From Alphaproteobacteria bacterium (GTDB lineage Bacteria; Pseudomonadota; Alphaproteobacteria; GCA-2731375): a stretch of 64,000 nucleotides of DNA. The position numbers were made by a program, and so were the translations under genes. The notes beneath the pieces were generated by a model. It saw only the letters and a list, made by a program, of their open reading frames with translations. It was not told the origin of the DNA and searched no databases. This document shows, in pieces, positions 1 to 10,402 of this stretch. The DNA lies in contig JASMDX010000075.1 of the NCBI GenBank assembly GCA_030752605.1, positions 17,086 through 81,085 on the forward strand, written 5' to 3'. Positions within the stretch are counted from its first letter, which is position 1, and each line of letters starts with the position of its first letter.

Positions 1-897
1 ACGGGCCTCGTAACGGTCGTTGGGGTTCTGCAGCTTGGGATCTTTGATCAGATCCTCGCGTTCAATAATGCGGGCCAGACGGCGCCAATGTTCCTCGTTC
101 GCCCGCGACGCGAAAATATAGCAATGATCGTCTGGACCGCCCGGCTTGCACGGATATAGGCCGCCGGGAGATGAACCGACTATCTCGTTGCCGACACGGC
201 GATTGGCGCTGTCGAAAGGCACTTGTTTCGACATGGGCGTGCGGCAATAGTTCAATACGGCGTCGCGCATGGCGATCTCGATGTGCTGGCCACGCCCGGT
301 GGTATGGCGTTGAAAAAGCGCGCCTAATATGCCCATGGCGCAAAGCATGCCGGTACCCGTGTCGCCGATGGTGGAGCCTGGCCTGACTGGAGGCCCGTCT
401 GGTTCACCGTTCACCCCCATGGAGCCGCCGGTGGCCTGGGCGATCATATCGAACGAGAGATAGTTGGCATGAGGGCTGTCGGGCGCGAAACCCTTAATCT
501 GGGCAAAAATCACCCGTGGGTTGATGGCGCTAAGGCGTTCATAGTCGAAACCCAGTCTGGCGAAGGTGCCCGGCGCCATGTTCTCGATCACCACATCGAC
601 GCTTTCGATTAGCCTGGCCAGCAGGGCCTTGCCCTCGTCATCCTTGAGGTTGCAGGTGATGGAGCGCTTGTTGAGATTGAAATAGAGAAAATAGTTGGCA
701 TCCACGCCCGGTTTGTCGGTGAAGCCCCACCGCCCCGGCTCGCCCTTGTTCGGCTCTTCCACCTTGACCACGTCGGCGCCCATCCAGGCCAGGGCTTCGG
801 TGCACGATGGCCCGGCTTCGAACTGGGTTAGATCAAGTATCTTGATGCCGTGCAGGGCGGGTGCCGTCTGGGATGAATTGCTGCCGTTCATGGTCAT
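1..897 (-). CDS. CoA transferase, family III (CaiB/BaiF/Frc-like), 3' end outside window
   Basis: The minus-strand translation from the ATG at 897 begins MTMNGSNSSQTAPALHGIKILDLTQFEAGPSCTEALAWMGADVVKVEEPNKGE..., the N-terminal signature of family III CoA-transferases. AAGGAAG RBS upstream. The ORF track missed it because it runs off the window edge. Confidence 0.8.
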   Translation of the reverse strand, partial: MTMNGSNSSQTAPALHGIKILDLTQFEAGPSCTEALAWMGADVVKVEEPNKGEPGRWGFTDKPGVDANYFLYFNLNKRSITCNLKDDEGKALLARLIESVDVVIENMAPGTFARLGFDYERLSAINPRVIFAQIKGFAPDSPHANYLSFDMIAQATGGSMGVNGEPDGPPVRPGSTIGDTGTGMLCAMGILGALFQRHTTGRGQHIEIAMRDAVLNYCRTPMSKQVPFDSANRRVGNEIVGSSPGGLYPCKPGGPDDHCYIFASRANEEHWRRLARIIEREDLIKDPKLQNPNDRYEAR

Positions 898-1380
898 CTT
901 CCTTTATGCTGCATGCTTGGCGGCGAGTGATCGCATTTGCCGCCATGAATGAAGAGAATTGTCAGAACCTCTGTATGCCGGGAACATTATAGACACATAA
1001 CGCCGCATATGGTGAACAGCCTTAGAACTGGCCCTTGTCTTGTCGCAGCCGTCAACTTCAGTTGCCCGTGGGGGCGAAAATTGCGGTACAAGGCCGCTAC
1101 CTGCAAACAGTGCAGTAATTGAAATAGCAAGAATTCAACCGGCAGATGGATTTCATTCTCGGCTGCCAGCATATTCCGAATTGATGTCCAGGGCTGATGA
1201 CCAGGCGGACTTGGCAGGTTAATCAAGTATATCGAGTATGGACTTGCCTGTTTTGCTTCAATATCATGTATGCGATGGCTTTGGCTTAGCCTTTGTTCGT
1301 TAGCCACATCTCATTTGGGCATAGCTCTAAGTTGTTATGCCGCATACCTATTTTGTTATTTACAGGAAGCGGGACCTTCC

Positions 1381-1821
1381 ATGCGATATCTTCACACCAT
1401 GGTTCGCGTATCGAACCTCGACGATACATTGAATTTCTTCTGCAATCTGCTTGGCATGGTGGAGGTGCGCCGTGTGGAAAGTGAAAAAGGCCGCTATACC
1501 AACATCTTCCTAGTCGCCTCCATGGATGAGGACGCCGCCAGGGAAACCCGGGCGCCGACCCTGGAATTGACCTACAACTGGGATCCGGAAGATTATGCCG
1601 GTGGGCGAAATTTTGGCCATCTGGCCTATCAGGTCGATAATATCTACGATACTTGCCAGAGCCTGATGGATGCAGGTATCACCATTAACCGGCCGCCCCG
1701 TGACGGCTACATGGCCTTCATCCGCACACCGGACAATATCTCGATCGAGCTGTTGCAGACTGGAGATGCCCTGCCCGCGCAGGAGCCTTGGGTCTCCATG
1801 GAGAACACCGGCAACTGGTGA
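1381..1821 (+). CDS. gloA: lactoylglutathione lyase (glyoxalase I)
   Basis: The internal Met start gives [20 protein letters not shown]...LGM...LELTYNW...[12 protein letters not shown], a classic GloA/VOC signature. AGGAAG RBS. The longer upstream extension in the ORF track is low-complexity. Confidence 0.8.
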   Translation: MRYLHTMVRVSNLDDTLNFFCNLLGMVEVRRVESEKGRYTNIFLVASMDEDAARETRAPTLELTYNWDPEDYAGGRNFGHLAYQVDNIYDTCQSLMDAGITINRPPRDGYMAFIRTPDNISIELLQTGDALPAQEPWVSMENTGNW

Positions 1822-1886
1822 TGACCGCCGGTAACCTTGCCCTGAAGAATAACTGGAACAACTAATTGGGAGTGCATGAAGTGGGA

Positions 1887-2552
1887 ATGAATATCAACCT
1901 GACGGCGGAAGACGGCCATTCCTTTGGCGCCTACCGGGCTGATCCCAGCGCGGTGGCCAGAGGCGGAATCGTCGTCATTCAGGAAATTTTTGGCGTCAAC
2001 GACCATATTCGGGAAGTCTGCGACGGCTTTGCCGCGGACGGTTATCTGGCCATCGCGCCGGCCTTGTATGACCGTACCGACAACAAGAATTGTCAATTGG
2101 GCTATACCCCCGATGACATCGCCGTAGGCCGCGATCTGAAGGATGTATTTTCGTGGGATCTTTGCATGCTGGATGTAAAAGCTGTGGTCGATGTGATGAC
2201 GGGTGAGGGCTTGAAAATCGGCACCGTCGGCTATTGCTGGGGCGGCACGATTTCTTATCTGGCGGGCACGCGCCTGCCAGTGGCGGCGTCGGTGGTCTAT
2301 TACGGCGGCCAGATCATGCCTTATGTGAATGAAAAGGAAGGCTGCCCCATGCTGATGCATTTTGGCGAGCATGACGCGGGCATCCCCTTGGATGACGTGG
2401 CCGCTATCGGCAAGGCGCACCCGGACGCTGAGGTGCATACCTATGATGCCGATCACGGCTTCAACTGTGATCATCGCGGTACCTATAATGAAGCTGCGGC
2501 GGTTATGGCCCGTCAGCGCACCATGGAGCTGTACGGTCAGCAAGTGGGTTAG
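1887..2552 (+). CDS. dienelactone hydrolase family protein
   Basis: MNINLTAEDGHSFGAYRADP... typical DLH N-terminus. GYCWGG Cys nucleophile elbow, then a C-terminal Asp/His. Confidence 0.75.
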   Translation: MNINLTAEDGHSFGAYRADPSAVARGGIVVIQEIFGVNDHIREVCDGFAADGYLAIAPALYDRTDNKNCQLGYTPDDIAVGRDLKDVFSWDLCMLDVKAVVDVMTGEGLKIGTVGYCWGGTISYLAGTRLPVAASVVYYGGQIMPYVNEKEGCPMLMHFGEHDAGIPLDDVAAIGKAHPDAEVHTYDADHGFNCDHRGTYNEAAAVMARQRTMELYGQQVG

Positions 2553-2811
2553 AACGCGTCGCTGCACGTCTCGGTGAAGGGCCGGCTCAAGCCGGCGCCT
2601 ATCCACTATTATTGGCCCTGAGATAGTCTTTTGGGGATGATCGTTGAGCTGCTCCCCCCTGGTTGGAGCACCCGGCTGGAGATTTTCTGGGGGCAAGGTT
2701 GTCGGCACTGGGATCACTATTGGAAAGTTCCAGCTCTAACCGGTCCAGAAATTTGGAGGCAGGCCAGCGCCTCCAGGCAGAAGCCAAGTCCTGGAATTTC
2801 CCAAAAAAGAA

Positions 2812-4290
2812 TTAGAAACCTTGAACCGCCTGCAAGACCCAAAAAATGACGCCGGCGATGACGGCGGAGGCGGGAACGGTGATGACCCAGGCGGCGGCGA
2901 TCGTGGTCAGGTGCGAGCGGCGCACCAGTTTGCGGCGCAGGGCCCTTTCCCGCAGGTCTTCAGGGTTGATATTTTTGCGTGCTTCTCCATACCGGCCATG
3001 GTTGATATGGGTGCGCCGCGCAGTCTGCCATTCCCGGTAAAACCCAACGCCAAAGACCGCGCCGACGGCGATGTGGGTGGAACTGACGGGCAGGCCTAGG
3101 GCGGAGGCGATGATTACCGTGATTGCCGCTGATAACGCTACGCAATAGGCCCGCATGGGGTTCATCTTGGTGATCTGCTGCCCTACGGTGCGGATCAGTT
3201 TTGGTCCAAATAGCAACAGGCCCGCCGAAATGCCGGCAGCACCGATAAACATTACCCAAAGAGGTATCTCGACTTTCGCCGCCACCTCTCCCGATTCGGC
3301 GGTACCAACGATGGCCGCCAGTGGGCCGACCGCGTTTGCTACATCGTTTGACCCATGGGCGAAGGACAGCAGGGCGGCGGAGCAGATCAGAGGAATGGTG
3401 AACAGGGAGCGCACGGACTTATTCCGGTTCTCCATGCCTTCCGCCTGGCGCCGGATCAACGGATTGACGATGAAATATGTCGCGGTGAAGATTGCCACGC
3501 CGATGGCCGTTATGGTCCAGCCGTCCGGGCGCCAGACCCGCTTCAGGCCCTTCATCGCCAGATAGGCGGAAAACACCCCCGCCATAATAGAGACCAGGAT
3601 CGGCACCCAACGCTTCGCGCCGGCGATTTTGTCGTCGCGATAAATAATGTTGGCCTTGATGAAGGCCAGAAATATCGCTGCGATCGCACCGCCCATAACC
3701 GGCGATATCACCCATGAAGCGGCGATCATGCCCATCGTGGGCCAGTTGATGACGCTGAAGCCGACGGCGGCAATGCCGGCGCCGATGACACCGCCGACAA
3801 TGGAATGGGTGGTGGAGACCGGCGCATTTAGCATGGTAGCGATGTTGACCCATAGGGCGGCAGCCAGCAGGGCGGATAACATACACCAGATGAACAGATC
3901 GGAACTGGGGAAGTCCTGAGGGGCAATGATACCTTTGGAAATCGTGCCGACCACATCGCCGCCGGCGACGATGGCGCCCATGGCCTCAAAGATGGAGGCG
4001 ATGATTAGCGCTCCCAGCATGGTCAGAGCGCGGGAGCCCACAGCGGCGCCCATATTGTTGGCAACGTCATTGGCGCCGATATTCAAGGCCATGTAGCCGC
4101 CGATGATGCCGGCGACAATGACCACGATGCGTTGTTCGCCTCCGGCAGAAGCAATTGTCGCACCGACCCAGACGATCAACAGGAACAGCAAAGCCAAGCC
4201 GATCTTGGTTACGGGCTGGGCCTGCTCGATCGTGGCGGCGCCGATCTGGTCAAACTTGGCAAGATCCTTGCTAAGTGTCTCTTTGTACAT
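2812..4290 (-). CDS. pitA: inorganic phosphate transporter, PiT family
   Basis: Two GANDVAN / GSNDVANAVGP PiT signature repeats and multiple TM segments. The N-terminus MYKETLSKDLAKFDQ resembles rhizobial Pit. An alternative upstream start at 4356 is possible. Confidence 0.8.
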   Translation of the reverse strand: MYKETLSKDLAKFDQIGAATIEQAQPVTKIGLALLFLLIVWVGATIASAGGEQRIVVIVAGIIGGYMALNIGANDVANNMGAAVGSRALTMLGALIIASIFEAMGAIVAGGDVVGTISKGIIAPQDFPSSDLFIWCMLSALLAAALWVNIATMLNAPVSTTHSIVGGVIGAGIAAVGFSVINWPTMGMIAASWVISPVMGGAIAAIFLAFIKANIIYRDDKIAGAKRWVPILVSIMAGVFSAYLAMKGLKRVWRPDGWTITAIGVAIFTATYFIVNPLIRRQAEGMENRNKSVRSLFTIPLICSAALLSFAHGSNDVANAVGPLAAIVGTAESGEVAAKVEIPLWVMFIGAAGISAGLLLFGPKLIRTVGQQITKMNPMRAYCVALSAAITVIIASALGLPVSSTHIAVGAVFGVGFYREWQTARRTHINHGRYGEARKNINPEDLRERALRRKLVRRSHLTTIAAAWVITVPASAVIAGVIFWVLQAVQGF

Positions 4291-4427
4291 CGCGCCCCCG
4301 CGCTCTAATCCCCATTGAAGCCCCCTGCGGACGCCAAGCTGAGCTGGCCCCATCAATTAGTGACGGAAAGTTAGAGGACCACGCGGGAACCGCCAATGCG
4401 GCAGATGGACACACCGGAATATAGGCG

Positions 4428-6035
4428 TCAAGCGGCCTTTGGCGAGGCGGCCTTGACGCTATCATCCACATGGGTTTCGTATTGGGAGAAATTCTCGCGA
4501 AAGCGGGCGACTAGGTCCTGCGCCTGGGCGTCATAGGCGGCGCCGTCGGCCCAGGTGCTGCGTGGGTCGAGGATCTCACTGGGCACGCCGGGGCATGATT
4601 CGGGCACCATCAAGCCGAAATTTTTGTCCTCGCGAAATGCTACATCAGCCAGATCGCCCTCCAGCGCCGCGCTCAACAAAGCCCGCGTATGCTGGATAGG
4701 CATGCGGTAGCCGGTGCCATAAATGCCGCCGGTCCAGCCGGTATTGACCAGCCAGCAATTAACGCCGTGCTGGGCGATGCGGTCGCGCAGCATGTTGCCA
4801 TAGACGGCTGGATGGCGTGGCATGAACGGCGCGCCAAAGCACGTGGAGAAGGTCGCCTGGGGTTCGCTGCCAACGCCTTTTTCCGTGCCGGCGACCTTGG
4901 CGGTATAGCCGGAGAGGAAATGATACATGGCCTGTTCCGGTGTTAAACGGGACAGGGGCGGTAGCACGCCAAAGGCATCCGCCGTCAGCATCACCGCATT
5001 GCGCGGGTGCCCAGCAGTGCCGGAGACGGCAATATTCGGAATGAAATCCAGGGGGTAGGAGGCGCGGGTATTTTCCGTATGGCTGCTGTCATCTAGGTCC
5101 AGGACGCGGGTATCTGGGTCCATCACGACGTTTTCCAAGACGGTGCCAAAGCGCTTGGTGGTAGCAAAAATCTCCGGCTCCGCCTCGGCGGAAAGATTGA
5201 TCACCTTGGCGTAACAACCGCCCTCGAAATTGAACAGGCCATTCTCGCTCCAGCCGTGCTCATCGTCACCAACCAGCTGCCGGTTGGGATCCGCCGACAG
5301 GGTCGTCTTGCCGGTGCCCGAGAGGCCGAAGAATATGGCGGATCCGCCGTCTGCCCCTACGTTGACAGAGCAATGCATGGGCAGGACGTCGTCCGCCGGC
5401 AGCAGATAATTCAAAATCGAAAATACCGATTTCTTGATCTCGCCAGCATAGGAGGTGCCGCCGATCAACACCATGCGCCGTTCGAACGAGGCCAGAATAT
5501 ATGTCCCCGTGCGCAGACCCGGCGTATCCGAGGCCGCTTCTAGGCTTGGTGCCTGCATGATCGTGAACTGGGGTTGGAAACTGGTCAGTTCTTCCGGCGT
5601 TGGCTGGATGAACATGTTGCGGGCGAACAGCGTATGCCAGGCTTGTTCTGTAATGATGCGGACACCGAGGCGATGGCCTCTGTCGGCGCCGGCCCAGACG
5701 TCCTGGACGAACAGGTCCTTGCCCTCGTAGTGGGCCAAATGAGCCTTCAGAATGTTGTCGAATTGGTCGGTTTCGATGGATTTGTTGACCGCGCCCCAAT
5801 CAATATCGCCTTCGTTGCTGGCCTCGCGCGCAATAAATTTATCATTAACGGAACGGCCTGTATGTACGCCCGTGCGGCAAACCAGCGCGCCGCCGTCGCT
5901 AAGCTCCGCCTCGCCATTGACCAAGGCCATTTGATACAGCGCCGGTGTCGCCAAATTCCAATATTCAGTGCCGGGATTGTTGATGCCCTGCGTGTTCAGC
6001 CCATGGCGGCTGATGTTAGCTCCGATTTGCGTCAC
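4428..6035 (-). CDS. pckA: phosphoenolpyruvate carboxykinase (ATP)
   Basis: [27 protein letters not shown] kinase-1a motif of ATP-PEPCK. 535 aa full-length. AGGAGAG RBS. Confidence 0.95.
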   Translation of the reverse strand: MTQIGANISRHGLNTQGINNPGTEYWNLATPALYQMALVNGEAELSDGGALVCRTGVHTGRSVNDKFIAREASNEGDIDWGAVNKSIETDQFDNILKAHLAHYEGKDLFVQDVWAGADRGHRLGVRIITEQAWHTLFARNMFIQPTPEELTSFQPQFTIMQAPSLEAASDTPGLRTGTYILASFERRMVLIGGTSYAGEIKKSVFSILNYLLPADDVLPMHCSVNVGADGGSAIFFGLSGTGKTTLSADPNRQLVGDDEHGWSENGLFNFEGGCYAKVINLSAEAEPEIFATTKRFGTVLENVVMDPDTRVLDLDDSSHTENTRASYPLDFIPNIAVSGTAGHPRNAVMLTADAFGVLPPLSRLTPEQAMYHFLSGYTAKVAGTEKGVGSEPQATFSTCFGAPFMPRHPAVYGNMLRDRIAQHGVNCWLVNTGWTGGIYGTGYRMPIQHTRALLSAALEGDLADVAFREDKNFGLMVPESCPGVPSEILDPRSTWADGAAYDAQAQDLVARFRENFSQYETHVDDSVKAASPKAA

Positions 6036-6070
6036 TGCACTCTCCTAGGAGACGACGAAACGTCCACCGG

Positions 6071-6102
6071 TGTTAAACCGACAGACATTGATGTTAAACC
6101 GA
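6071..6102. promoter_or_regulatory. direct repeat TGTTAAACCGA x2, spaced 21 bp, upstream of pckA. Candidate transcription-factor (response regulator) operator.
   Basis: Exact 11-mer at 6071-6081 and 6092-6102, lying 36-67 bp upstream of the pckA ATG on the divergent side. Confidence 0.4.
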
Positions 6103-6554
6103 TTTCGAAATGGCGACGATGCGCCCGCCCTGATTAATACTGGCCCTTGGCGCAAGATAAGCGGCATTGGTTTGTGAGGCAATGATGGGGATCGGTAAAA
6201 ATTCACTCCAAGGGCCAGGATACGGCAATATGGTGCAGATTGGGTGTTGAGCAGCGGTTTCGGGTGTCTCGAAAATCAGATTGTCTTACTTTTGGTGGAC
6301 TACGAGAAGGCTGCGGGTCGCCGGCATTGCGAATCGGGATCATTCGCGGTTTCGGCGAAGCCTGGGCGCGGCACTTCGCTTGCGCGGCGTGGATCACAAC
6401 CCGCCGGCTCACGGCCAGTCACGGTCTGCATCAGATTTCGGGCCTGGCCCGCATTATTCGTCAAGCCATTGTTCCATGGCTATTGCGGCAAAAGGCGCGT
6501 ATAGCGCCCTGATGAACAGATGCCGACAATAGGGACCGTGTTTCCGCCAGCGCC

Positions 6555-7922
6555 ATGAATACGTCAATGCCCATCAATCCCAGCCACGGGCTGGCTGCGG
6601 ATTTCGCCGCCTGCGTGCGGGCCATTACTAAACTGGCCATGCCGGTGGCCGTGGCGCGAACGGGGATGCTGGTTCTGGTCATCGTCGATACGGCGATGAC
6701 TGGCTATTTCAGCAGTGCGGAATTGGCATACTATGGCCTGGGCCAAGCAGTTTTTATGGTCTGCATGCTAATCGGCGTGGGTATGCTGGTGGGTACGGCG
6801 GTGCTGTCGGCCCAGGCGGTAGGCGCGGGCAGCCATTCGGATTGTGGGGTAATTTGGCGGGTATCCGGGTTGCACGCTCTGGCATTGGGCGCATTGTTTG
6901 TGGTTCTGGCTCAGGGTGGCGGCTATTTTTACACGCTGTTTGGTTACGATCAGGACCTGACCGATGGAGCCAGCAGAGTTCTTGTTATTTTGACATTCGG
7001 TCTGCCGGGGCAATTGCTGTTCACGGCATCGATCCTGTTTCTCGAAGCCCTGAACCGGCCCGGTCCGGGTCTGGCGATTATGGTCGGGGCCAATGTCCTA
7101 AATGCGGTCTTCAACTGGTTGTTGATCGGTGGTGACCTCGGCTGGGGCGGCGCGGGTGCCGCCTGGGCAACGACCGCCGTGCGCTGGTTGATCGCCATGG
7201 CGGCGGTGATCTACATCCTGCGCATGAAAGATGCCGCAGTCTATAATGTGGCGGGACCTCTTAATGAAGCCCGCTTATTAGGGCGAAAGTTGCGCCGCCT
7301 CGGCTATCCTTTGGGCTTGGCGCAGGGACTAGAGTCAGCGGCCTTCGCCTCTCTCACTTTATTCGCGGGTCTTTTGGGCGCGGAGGCAGTGGGCGCATTT
7401 CAGATAGTCATGAACCTGGTCGCCTTTTGTTTCATGGCGGCTATCGGTGTTGGCACCGCGACGGCGGTGCACGTGGGCCTGGCCATTGGCCGGGGCGATC
7501 AGCGGCAGATGATGCTGTCGGGTTGGGGCGGACTTTTCACCATTTCTGTCTTCATGGCCGCCATGGCTGTCGTCATGGCCCTGTTTCCAGGTAGCCTGGT
7601 GCAGATTTTCACCCAAGATCCGGTACTGCTGGCCATCGCCGTGCCGACCTTGTTAGTGGCGGCGGCCACATTGATCACCGACGGCGCCCAGGGGGTTTTA
7701 ATGGGTGCTTTGCGGGGCACTGGGGATGTCTGGATTCCCTCGGCCCTGCACCTGTGCTCGTTCCTGTTGGTCATGGTGCCGGCGGCTTATGGCTTCGCCA
7801 TTTGGGCAGATATTGGCACGCCCGGTCTAATGATGGGCACTTTTTGCGGCGTGACCCTGGCGGCGGTGCTCTTAGCGAGTCGCTTCCACCTAGTCAGCAA
7901 ACGGCCGGTTGCGCGGCTTTAA
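6555..7922 (+). CDS. MATE family efflux transporter
   Basis: 455 aa. Hydrophobic, 12-TM-like profile with the typical MATE two-halves organisation (…GYFSSAELAYYGLG… / …RGTGDVWIP…). Confidence 0.7.
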   Translation: MNTSMPINPSHGLAADFAACVRAITKLAMPVAVARTGMLVLVIVDTAMTGYFSSAELAYYGLGQAVFMVCMLIGVGMLVGTAVLSAQAVGAGSHSDCGVIWRVSGLHALALGALFVVLAQGGGYFYTLFGYDQDLTDGASRVLVILTFGLPGQLLFTASILFLEALNRPGPGLAIMVGANVLNAVFNWLLIGGDLGWGGAGAAWATTAVRWLIAMAAVIYILRMKDAAVYNVAGPLNEARLLGRKLRRLGYPLGLAQGLESAAFASLTLFAGLLGAEAVGAFQIVMNLVAFCFMAAIGVGTATAVHVGLAIGRGDQRQMMLSGWGGLFTISVFMAAMAVVMALFPGSLVQIFTQDPVLLAIAVPTLLVAAATLITDGAQGVLMGALRGTGDVWIPSALHLCSFLLVMVPAAYGFAIWADIGTPGLMMGTFCGVTLAAVLLASRFHLVSKRPVARL

Positions 7923-8020
7923 CCTTGCCCTGGTATGGTCACATTCTGGCCGCAATGAGGGCCGGCCCTGGCGCTAGCTTGTAAATTGATTACATTACGG
8001 GCAGGAAAAAGAGAGATAGC

Positions 8021-8716
8021 ATGGCCGCGCTTATCACCTTGGTTGATGACGACCGCAATATCCTGACCTCCGTCTCCATTGCGTTGGAGGGGGAGGGCTT
8101 CAAGGTCGTGACATATTCCGATAGTCAGGCCGCATTACAGGCCATGATCACCAGGGCGCCGGATTTGGCGGTGCTTGATATCAAGATGCCTGGTATGGAC
8201 GGTATGGAGTTGCTGAACTGCCTGCGCCGGTTCTCCGCCGTGCCGGTCATTTTTCTGACCTCCAAGGACGAGGAAATCGACGAAATGCTGGGCCTAAAAA
8301 TGGGTGCGGACGACTATATCCGCAAGCCATTTTCGCAACGCCTGTTGATCGAACGGATCCGCGCCGTCCTGCGGCGGGCCGAGGCGACGGGGCGGAGTGG
8401 TAAAAACGACGTAGGGGAATTGTTGATCCGGGGCGATCTACGCCTCGACCCAACGCGCCACGAGTGCACCTGGCGCAACGCCGGGGTACAATTAACGGTG
8501 ACCGAATTCCTCATCCTGCAGGCGCTGGTTAAGCATCCCGGCCATGTGAAGAGTCGTGATCAGTTGATGGATGCGGCTTATGGCGACAATATCTATGTTG
8601 ATGACCGCACTATTGATTCGCATATCAAACGCCTGCGCCGGAAGTTCAAGGCCGCGGATGATGATTTCACCCGCATCGAAACCCTGTACGGCCTGGGCTA
8701 TCGTTTCCAGGAGTAA
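8021..8716 (+). CDS. chvI: two-component response regulator ChvI (OmpR family)
   Basis: …[17 protein letters not shown]…[13 protein letters not shown]…[13 protein letters not shown]…KPFSQRLL… plus C-terminal wHTH …[18 protein letters not shown]…YGLGYRF. Near-colinear with rhizobial ChvI. Sits next to pckA as in Agrobacterium/Sinorhizobium. Confidence 0.9.
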   Translation: MAALITLVDDDRNILTSVSIALEGEGFKVVTYSDSQAALQAMITRAPDLAVLDIKMPGMDGMELLNCLRRFSAVPVIFLTSKDEEIDEMLGLKMGADDYIRKPFSQRLLIERIRAVLRRAEATGRSGKNDVGELLIRGDLRLDPTRHECTWRNAGVQLTVTEFLILQALVKHPGHVKSRDQLMDAAYGDNIYVDDRTIDSHIKRLRRKFKAADDDFTRIETLYGLGYRFQE

Positions 8717-8743
8717 ACGTCGTCAGGAAGCGGGAGGGCTTCG

Positions 8744-10402
8744 GTGGTAAGACAGATTGGCCAGCCCGGACCCCGTCCCACTGAACCGGTGCAGATGCGC
8801 CTGTCAGGCAACGAAGGCCGGGTTCCTGGGCGGCATCGCCGCTTTTCAATGTTAACCTTGCGGATACTGGCACCGAATGTGCTGGCCCTGGGCGTTCTTG
8901 TCGGGGGCATCTTTTATCTGGATCAATACCGCGATCTTCTGCTTGATGATAAGGTCGCGGCGCTGCAAAGTCAGGCTGAAGTGATTGCCGGTGCGCTGGG
9001 TGAGAGCGCCCTGACCAGCTCCGAGGACCGCCGCCTGGATGGCGAAATTTCCGCCCGCATTATCCGCCGTCTAGTCGCACCTACTCTGACCAGGGCTCGT
9101 CTGTATATGCCAAGTGGCGACATGCTGGCGGATTCGCGGCAGCTCATCGGCGCTGGTAGGCAGGTGCAACTGCGCTATTTGGCTCCCGCCGATCCATCGG
9201 ATCATGTGGTGCATTTTTTTAACCGAATCTATGACTGGCTGCTACCCAGCCTGCCGCGAGGCCCCGCTTTTCCCCGCTACCAGGAACGGCTCGGCCGTGG
9301 CCTGCTGGACTACCCTGAGTTGACGGTAGCCATGGGGGGTGAGGTCGGCGGCGCCATCCGCATGCTAAAGAATGAAACACTAATCCTGACGGTGGCGGTG
9401 CCGGTGCAGCAATTGCGCCGGGTAGTTGGGGCCCTGTTGCTGTCTGCCGACAGTGTCGATATCGAGGAAGGCTTGCGCAACGCGCGCCTTGCCATTTTGC
9501 AGGCGTCCGCCCTGGCGCTGACCGTGACGGTATTGATGTCGTTCTTTCTGGCCGGGACCATCGCTAGGCCGGTGCGCCATTTGGCCACGGCCGCTGACCG
9601 GGTGCGGCGCTGGCGGGGCCGCCGCGCGCAAATCCCTGATCTGAGCCGCCGTCACGATGAAATCGGCGATTTGAGCGTTGCCTTGCATGAAATGACCGAG
9701 GCCTTGTATGGCCGACTGGATGCCATCGAGGTCTTTGCCGCGGATGTGGCCCATGAAATCAAGAATCCCTTGACGTCGCTGCGCAGCGCCTTGGAATCCA
9801 TCGAGCGCACGGAAGACCCGAACCAAAAGCATCATCTGATGGAGGTAATGGCCCAGGATGTGCGCCGCATGGACCGTTTGATAAGCGATATTTCCAATGC
9901 CTCCCGGATCGATACGGAACTGGCGCGGGAGGAATCGGAAACCGTTGATTTGACGGCATTGCTACAAACCTTGATTTCCATGCGGCAATCGGCCACCGGA
10001 ACGCCGGGCCCGAGGTTCGAGTTGCACGTGGATACTGGCGACCCGGTCCTGATTGAGGGGCTGCCCAGCCGCCTCGGTCAGGTGGTCGACAATCTGGTTG
10101 GCAATGCGCTGTCATTTTCCCCAGCCTGTGGCGTGATCCGGCTATCCTTGGAGCGTCAGGGGGAAATGGCGCAATTGGATGTCGAGGATGATGGCCCAGG
10201 TATAGCGTCGGGGCAGGAAGAAGCGATTTTTCAGAGGTTTTACAGCCAGCGCCCACCAGGGGAGACCTTTGGCCAGCATTCCGGCCTAGGTCTATCCATC
10301 TGCCGACAAATCGTCGAGGCCCATGGCGGCACCATCACGGCGGGAAGACGCGCGGAGCTGGATGGCGGAGCACGCTTTACCGTTCGGCTGCCTATGCCTT
10401 GA
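8744..10402 (+). CDS. chvG: sensor histidine kinase ChvG/ExoS
   Basis: GTG start with GGGAGGG RBS. N-terminal TM, periplasmic domain, HAMP. HisKA FAADVAHEIKNPLTSL and HATPase_c (…GNALSF…DDGPGI…GLGLSI…). Immediately downstream of chvI. Confidence 0.88.
   Translation: MVRQIGQPGPRPTEPVQMRLSGNEGRVPGRHRRFSMLTLRILAPNVLALGVLVGGIFYLDQYRDLLLDDKVAALQSQAEVIAGALGESALTSSEDRRLDGEISARIIRRLVAPTLTRARLYMPSGDMLADSRQLIGAGRQVQLRYLAPADPSDHVVHFFNRIYDWLLPSLPRGPAFPRYQERLGRGLLDYPELTVAMGGEVGGAIRMLKNETLILTVAVPVQQLRRVVGALLLSADSVDIEEGLRNARLAILQASALALTVTVLMSFFLAGTIARPVRHLATAADRVRRWRGRRAQIPDLSRRHDEIGDLSVALHEMTEALYGRLDAIEVFAADVAHEIKNPLTSLRSALESIERTEDPNQKHHLMEVMAQDVRRMDRLISDISNASRIDTELAREESETVDLTALLQTLISMRQSATGTPGPRFELHVDTGDPVLIEGLPSRLGQVVDNLVGNALSFSPACGVIRLSLERQGEMAQLDVEDDGPGIASGQEEAIFQRFYSQRPPGETFGQHSGLGLSICRQIVEAHGGTITAGRRAELDGGARFTVRLPMP

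Noticed and set aside
987-1307. 106-aa and 60-aa ORFs in the CoA-transferase/gloA intergenic region
   Set aside because: No RBS, low-complexity sequence. Located in a probable promoter region.
1707-2717. 336-aa minus-strand ORF antisense to the dienelactone hydrolase gene
   Set aside because: The plus-strand product has the DLH GxCxG nucleophile elbow and a typical N-terminus. The antisense ORF is low-complexity (Arg/Gly/His-rich), typical of spurious ORFs in high-GC DNA.
2752-2775. GGAGGC-N8-GCCTCC hairpin between convergent DLH and pitA genes as a bidirectional terminator
   Set aside because: Stem only 6 bp and not followed by a U-run on either strand. Left as unsupported.
4425-4459. GCGTCAAG…CTTGACGC inverted repeat overlapping the pckA stop codon as terminator
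   Set aside because: 8-bp stem but a 19-nt loop and no downstream U-tract. More likely fortuitous, or a weak RNA structure.
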